Shown piece by piece: positions 49,141 to 51,364 of a stretch of 51,364 nt of DNA. Source of the stretch: a virus (Duplodnaviria; Caudoviricetes); the IMG/VR virus record IMGVR_UViG_3300030104_002039, positions 1 to 51,364 of that record. One strand, 5' to 3'. The notes under the pieces are model-generated. The model was given only the letters and a program-made list of their open reading frames with translations. It was not told the DNA's origin and ran no database searches. Made by a program: the position numbers and the translations under genes. Each line of letters opens with the position of its first letter. Position 1 is the stretch's first letter.

Positions 49141-49529
49141 TAGTCGCCTAAATATCCAATTATCATTTTAGAAGTAGTAGCTTCTATTCTAGTAAATCTA
49201 CCATATATAATAGTTCCTTTTGGAATAGTGTTACTATTATCTACTACTAAACCACCAGCGCCGGTAACAGCAGTAACTGTACCATCATGCGCGACGTCGT
49301 GAGCTGTTTGTGCATTGCCGCTAGCGTCTTCAGTAGATATAAACTCTAAACCATTTGCTGAGTCTTGCTCTGCAACTAAACCACCATGAGCTTCTAAAGC
49401 TGTGTCTTCTAAAAATTGAACAGCTACAAATACTTTTCCTGTTGGTGGAAACATAGGGTTCGCACTATCGTTAAATATGCTACCCATTTGTCCAAAGCCG
49501 TAAGAGACTTCTGTTGAATTTATTCCCAT
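49140..49529 (-). CDS. Putative structural (head fibre/decoration-like) protein
   Basis: Probable start MGINST at 49529; ends TIPKGTIIYGRFT.IE....IIGYLG. Confidence 0.6.
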   Translation of the reverse strand: MGINSTEVSYGFGQMGSIFNDSANPMFPPTGKVFVAVQFLEDTALEAHGGLVAEQDSANGLEFISTEDASGNAQTAHDVAHDGTVTAVTGAGGLVVDNSNTIPKGTIIYGRFTRIEATTSKMIIGYLGD

Positions 49530-49533
49530 AATT

Positions 49534-49920
49534 TTATTTTTTTGTTTTTTCAAATGATCGTCCGCCAAAATAAGCACCGATCACAGTTATTAATACTAAT
49601 TGTAATAAATCTACCCATGTATCTTTAACGTCGAACTTTATAGCGCCTGCGTCTATAAATATTAATAACATTGTACATACTATTAAAAATATTAAAACCA
49701 TAGGTCTAACATTTTTACTAAGCCATGAGTCTGACTTTAAATCCGCTTGCCAACGACTAGTGATGTTTTTTTCCATTTCTATTTCGTAGTTAGCAATTAA
49801 TTCTTTTACTTTCTGCTCTGCAGCAAGTTTTTCTTCATCTGAAGTGTGTAAGTTATCTATAACACCACCTACACCCTTTACTAGTTCCGCGGCTCCACCG
49901 CTAAATAATTTACCTAACAT
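49534..49920 (-). CDS. Holin (3TM gene-transfer-release holin type)
   Basis: RWQADLKSDSWLSKNVRP followed by TM helices and C-terminal AYFGGRSFEK. Confidence 0.8.
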   Translation of the reverse strand: MLGKLFSGGAAELVKGVGGVIDNLHTSDEEKLAAEQKVKELIANYEIEMEKNITSRWQADLKSDSWLSKNVRPMVLIFLIVCTMLLIFIDAGAIKFDVKDTWVDLLQLVLITVIGAYFGGRSFEKTKK

Positions 49921-49964
49921 TTACAATTTTTTTTAAATTTTTTACACTTAGGACATTTTTTCAT
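49914..49964 (-). CDS. Unannotated 16-aa Cys/Lys micropeptide (MKKCPKCKKFKKNCKC)
   Basis: Translated by hand; fills the intergenic gap, has an A-rich leader and overlaps the holin start by 7 nt. Confidence 0.45.
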   Translation of the reverse strand: MKKCPKCKKFKKNCKC

Positions 49965-49975
49965 TTTAATATTTT

Positions 49976-50203
49976 TTAATAACCAGAACCTCCGCCTCCA
50001 GTGTTATTACTTTGTGATGGTGGTGCATTACTGTTCATTGGTAAACCAGTTGCTTCTATGTGGCTAGTACCACCCATGTAGCCTACTTGTCCTTGCCAGT
50101 TATGAATGTGATACCCGCTTAATCCATTTTGAGCCGCCCAAGATAAAGCTTCTTGAGTAGTAGTGTAAAGTGGTATACCAGCTATTGTAGTTAATAAAGC
50201 CAT
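49976..50203 (-). CDS. Small hypothetical protein with a His-rich motif
   Basis: PLYTTTQEA...GYHIH...YMGGTSH. Confidence 0.7.
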   Translation of the reverse strand: MALLTTIAGIPLYTTTQEALSWAAQNGLSGYHIHNWQGQVGYMGGTSHIEATGLPMNSNAPPSQSNNTGGGGSGY

Positions 50204-50204
50204 T

Positions 50205-50420
50205 TTATTTCTTTTTTGCGAATTTCTCTAATCCACTTATACCGAAGCAACCAATCACTACAAATACAAATGAATCATATATAAATTCATTAATTACTAG
50301 GTCTTTACCAAAATAACCTGTTATTACATCCACTAACATAATCACACACATTATTGCAAATGCTAAAAATCCTATAACAGATTTTTCATTATAATCGTTA
50401 TTATCTTTAAATATCTCCAT
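50205..50420 (-). CDS. Two-TM membrane protein (holin/antiholin-like)
   Basis: Probable start MEIFKDNND at 50420; NEKSVIGF, two hydrophobic helices and a basic tail. Confidence 0.7.
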   Translation of the reverse strand: MEIFKDNNDYNEKSVIGFLAFAIMCVIMLVDVITGYFGKDLVINEFIYDSFVFVVIGCFGISGLEKFAKKK

Positions 50421-50829
50421 TGTTTGCTTCTTTTTCCCACGGAAAACCAGTGTCACCAGCCTCTTTCCACTCTCCGTCTACCATTATCATGTCTTTACCA
50501 TTTATATCACGTCTTTCAAACTTTTCACCGTTGTACGATATATAATCATCTGTATATGCTAGTTTTCCTATTCTCATATCTGTAGAGTGTCTCATCTCGT
50601 GGTTTATCACTTGCTTATCTTCACGACTGCCAGGTATTATATTTTCATTAACATATATGCTACCATCCATATTAGCCTCACCCATTATTCCTTCATCTAA
50701 AGGCACTCTAATAACAGGTGTACCAGGTACAGAACCTACATCTCCAGCTTGCTTACCAAAACGCATTTTTGTTTTGATTTCACCATTGCTAGCTTCTAAT
50801 CCTCTATTTTTACCGAGTTTAAATCCCAT
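50407..50829 (-). CDS. Zincin-like metalloprotease
   Basis: GEAN.DGSIYVN...VINHEMRH...FPWEKEAN (HExxH plus a distal Glu). Confidence 0.8.
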   Translation of the reverse strand: MGFKLGKNRGLEASNGEIKTKMRFGKQAGDVGSVPGTPVIRVPLDEGIMGEANMDGSIYVNENIIPGSREDKQVINHEMRHSTDMRIGKLAYTDDYISYNGEKFERRDINGKDMIMVDGEWKEAGDTGFPWEKEANNGDI

Positions 50830-51179
50830 TATGCACCGTAGTATCCTTTCTTATAATTTTTTGTAGTAGCAGATTTAAAAGGAAAAGCACTATTGTTTCC
50901 TTGGTATTTCATTGTAAAAAAACTTGATACTTTGTCTATAGCTTTTTTAACTTTTGATTTTTTTCTTATTTTTTTAAGCCTTTTAGGTATTGTTACTTTT
51001 GAATCAAGCAGCTTAGGCTCGTTGACCATCATTTTACGCGGAACATCATGGTTTAAAAATGGGTCTGTTATTCTTCCTTCAAATTCTTTTTTTATTAGAT
51101 CATTGTCAAACTTCTTAAACCTTTCATTTCTTTCTTGCTGTTCCTTGCTTATTCTACGTTTCTTTTTTTTGTTTGGCAT
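50829..51179 (-). CDS. Basic hypothetical protein
   Basis: K/R-rich; C-terminal FTMKYQGNNSAFPFKS; TAATG-coupled to the zincin gene. Confidence 0.65.
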   Translation of the reverse strand: MPNKKKKRRISKEQQERNERFKKFDNDLIKKEFEGRITDPFLNHDVPRKMMVNEPKLLDSKVTIPKRLKKIRKKSKVKKAIDKVSSFFTMKYQGNNSAFPFKSATTKNYKKGYYGA

Positions 51180-51180
51180 G

Positions 51181-51364
51181 TTATCTGTCTTTATCTTTAA
51201 TCATATCATCTATAGCTTTATTATAAACTTTATCTGTATATGACTTGTTATTATAAAATACACTTCTTTCTGATGTAGGAAGATCTTCCTCACCTAGAAG
51301 TATTCTGTAAATTCTACTTATCATTTGAGAGCATTTAAAAGAAGTTTTAAATACAGAGTACATT
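51181..51364 (-). CDS. C-terminal part of a hypothetical phage protein (runs off the window edge)
   Basis: Open frame to the window end: SFKCSQMISRIYRILLGEEDLP. Confidence 0.6.
   Translation of the reverse strand, partial: MYSVFKTSFKCSQMISRIYRILLGEEDLPTSERSVFYNNKSYTDKVYNKAIDDMIKDKDR

Noticed and set aside
46995-50456. Longer starts given in the ORF track (47357, 49577, 50456; also 9131)
   Set aside because: The extensions overlap upstream genes substantially; downstream ATGs (47270, 49529, 50420, 9116) give more plausible N-termini and tighter gene junctions.
4884-51243. Numerous plus-strand ORFs in the track (e.g. 4884, 12936, 26686, 41982, 50893) and nested alternative-frame ORFs (947, 2558, 6505, 6847, 45786, 46218)
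   Set aside because: They are antisense or out-of-frame shadows of well-supported genes, with no motifs of their own.
1-51364. Stop-codon reassignment as in some Crassvirales
   Set aside because: Very long ORFs are intact in the standard code, and TAG and TGA end genes at tight gene junctions (e.g. 9596, 12788, 24554, 8593).
1-51364. Prophage or host chromosome segment
   Set aside because: No integrase, repressor or bacterial housekeeping genes; the host-like exported genes are tightly packed or overlapped within phage operons.

Overview
The window is a large part of a lytic dsDNA phage genome of crAss-like (Crassvirales-related) podovirus type. It is AT-rich, densely coding and uses the standard genetic code. 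The host is probably a marine Bacteroidota/Flavobacteriales cell, because four exported proteins follow the Bacteroidota Q-rule and one carries a type IX secretion (T9SS) C-terminal sorting domain. Bases 1-3056 (+) hold the end of the nucleotide-metabolism block: a MazG-like gene end, a T7 endonuclease I-like resolvase, a class II RNR and a small beta-barrel. A bidirectional terminator separates this from about 48 kb of minus-strand late genes. In transcription order these are a zincin, holin(s), a GroES-like protein, TerS-like, TerL, portal, scaffold, major capsid, ring proteins, a 2853-aa muzzle/stabilisation protein, ejection proteins and a 3187-aa polyvalent virion protein. After that come an envelope module (beta-barrel, TM coiled-coil, Cys-less thioredoxin fold), a cluster of small Lys-rich proteins, a PAP2 phosphatase, a thermonuclease, a T9SS cargo protein, tail/decoration proteins and an M15A endolysin. 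The most notable observations are: (i) the giant protein looks like a self-cleaving polyprotein, with a zincin and K-x-S linkers separating sigma70-region-2-like, PD-(D/E)xK and HAD domains; (ii) a phage-encoded T9SS substrate sits downstream of a host-envelope module; (iii) short motifs are shared among the small basic proteins, the zincin and the scaffold tail, suggesting a capsid-targeting/processing code; (iv) there is a candidate phage late-promoter motif. All family assignments come from motif recognition by eye; no searches were run.
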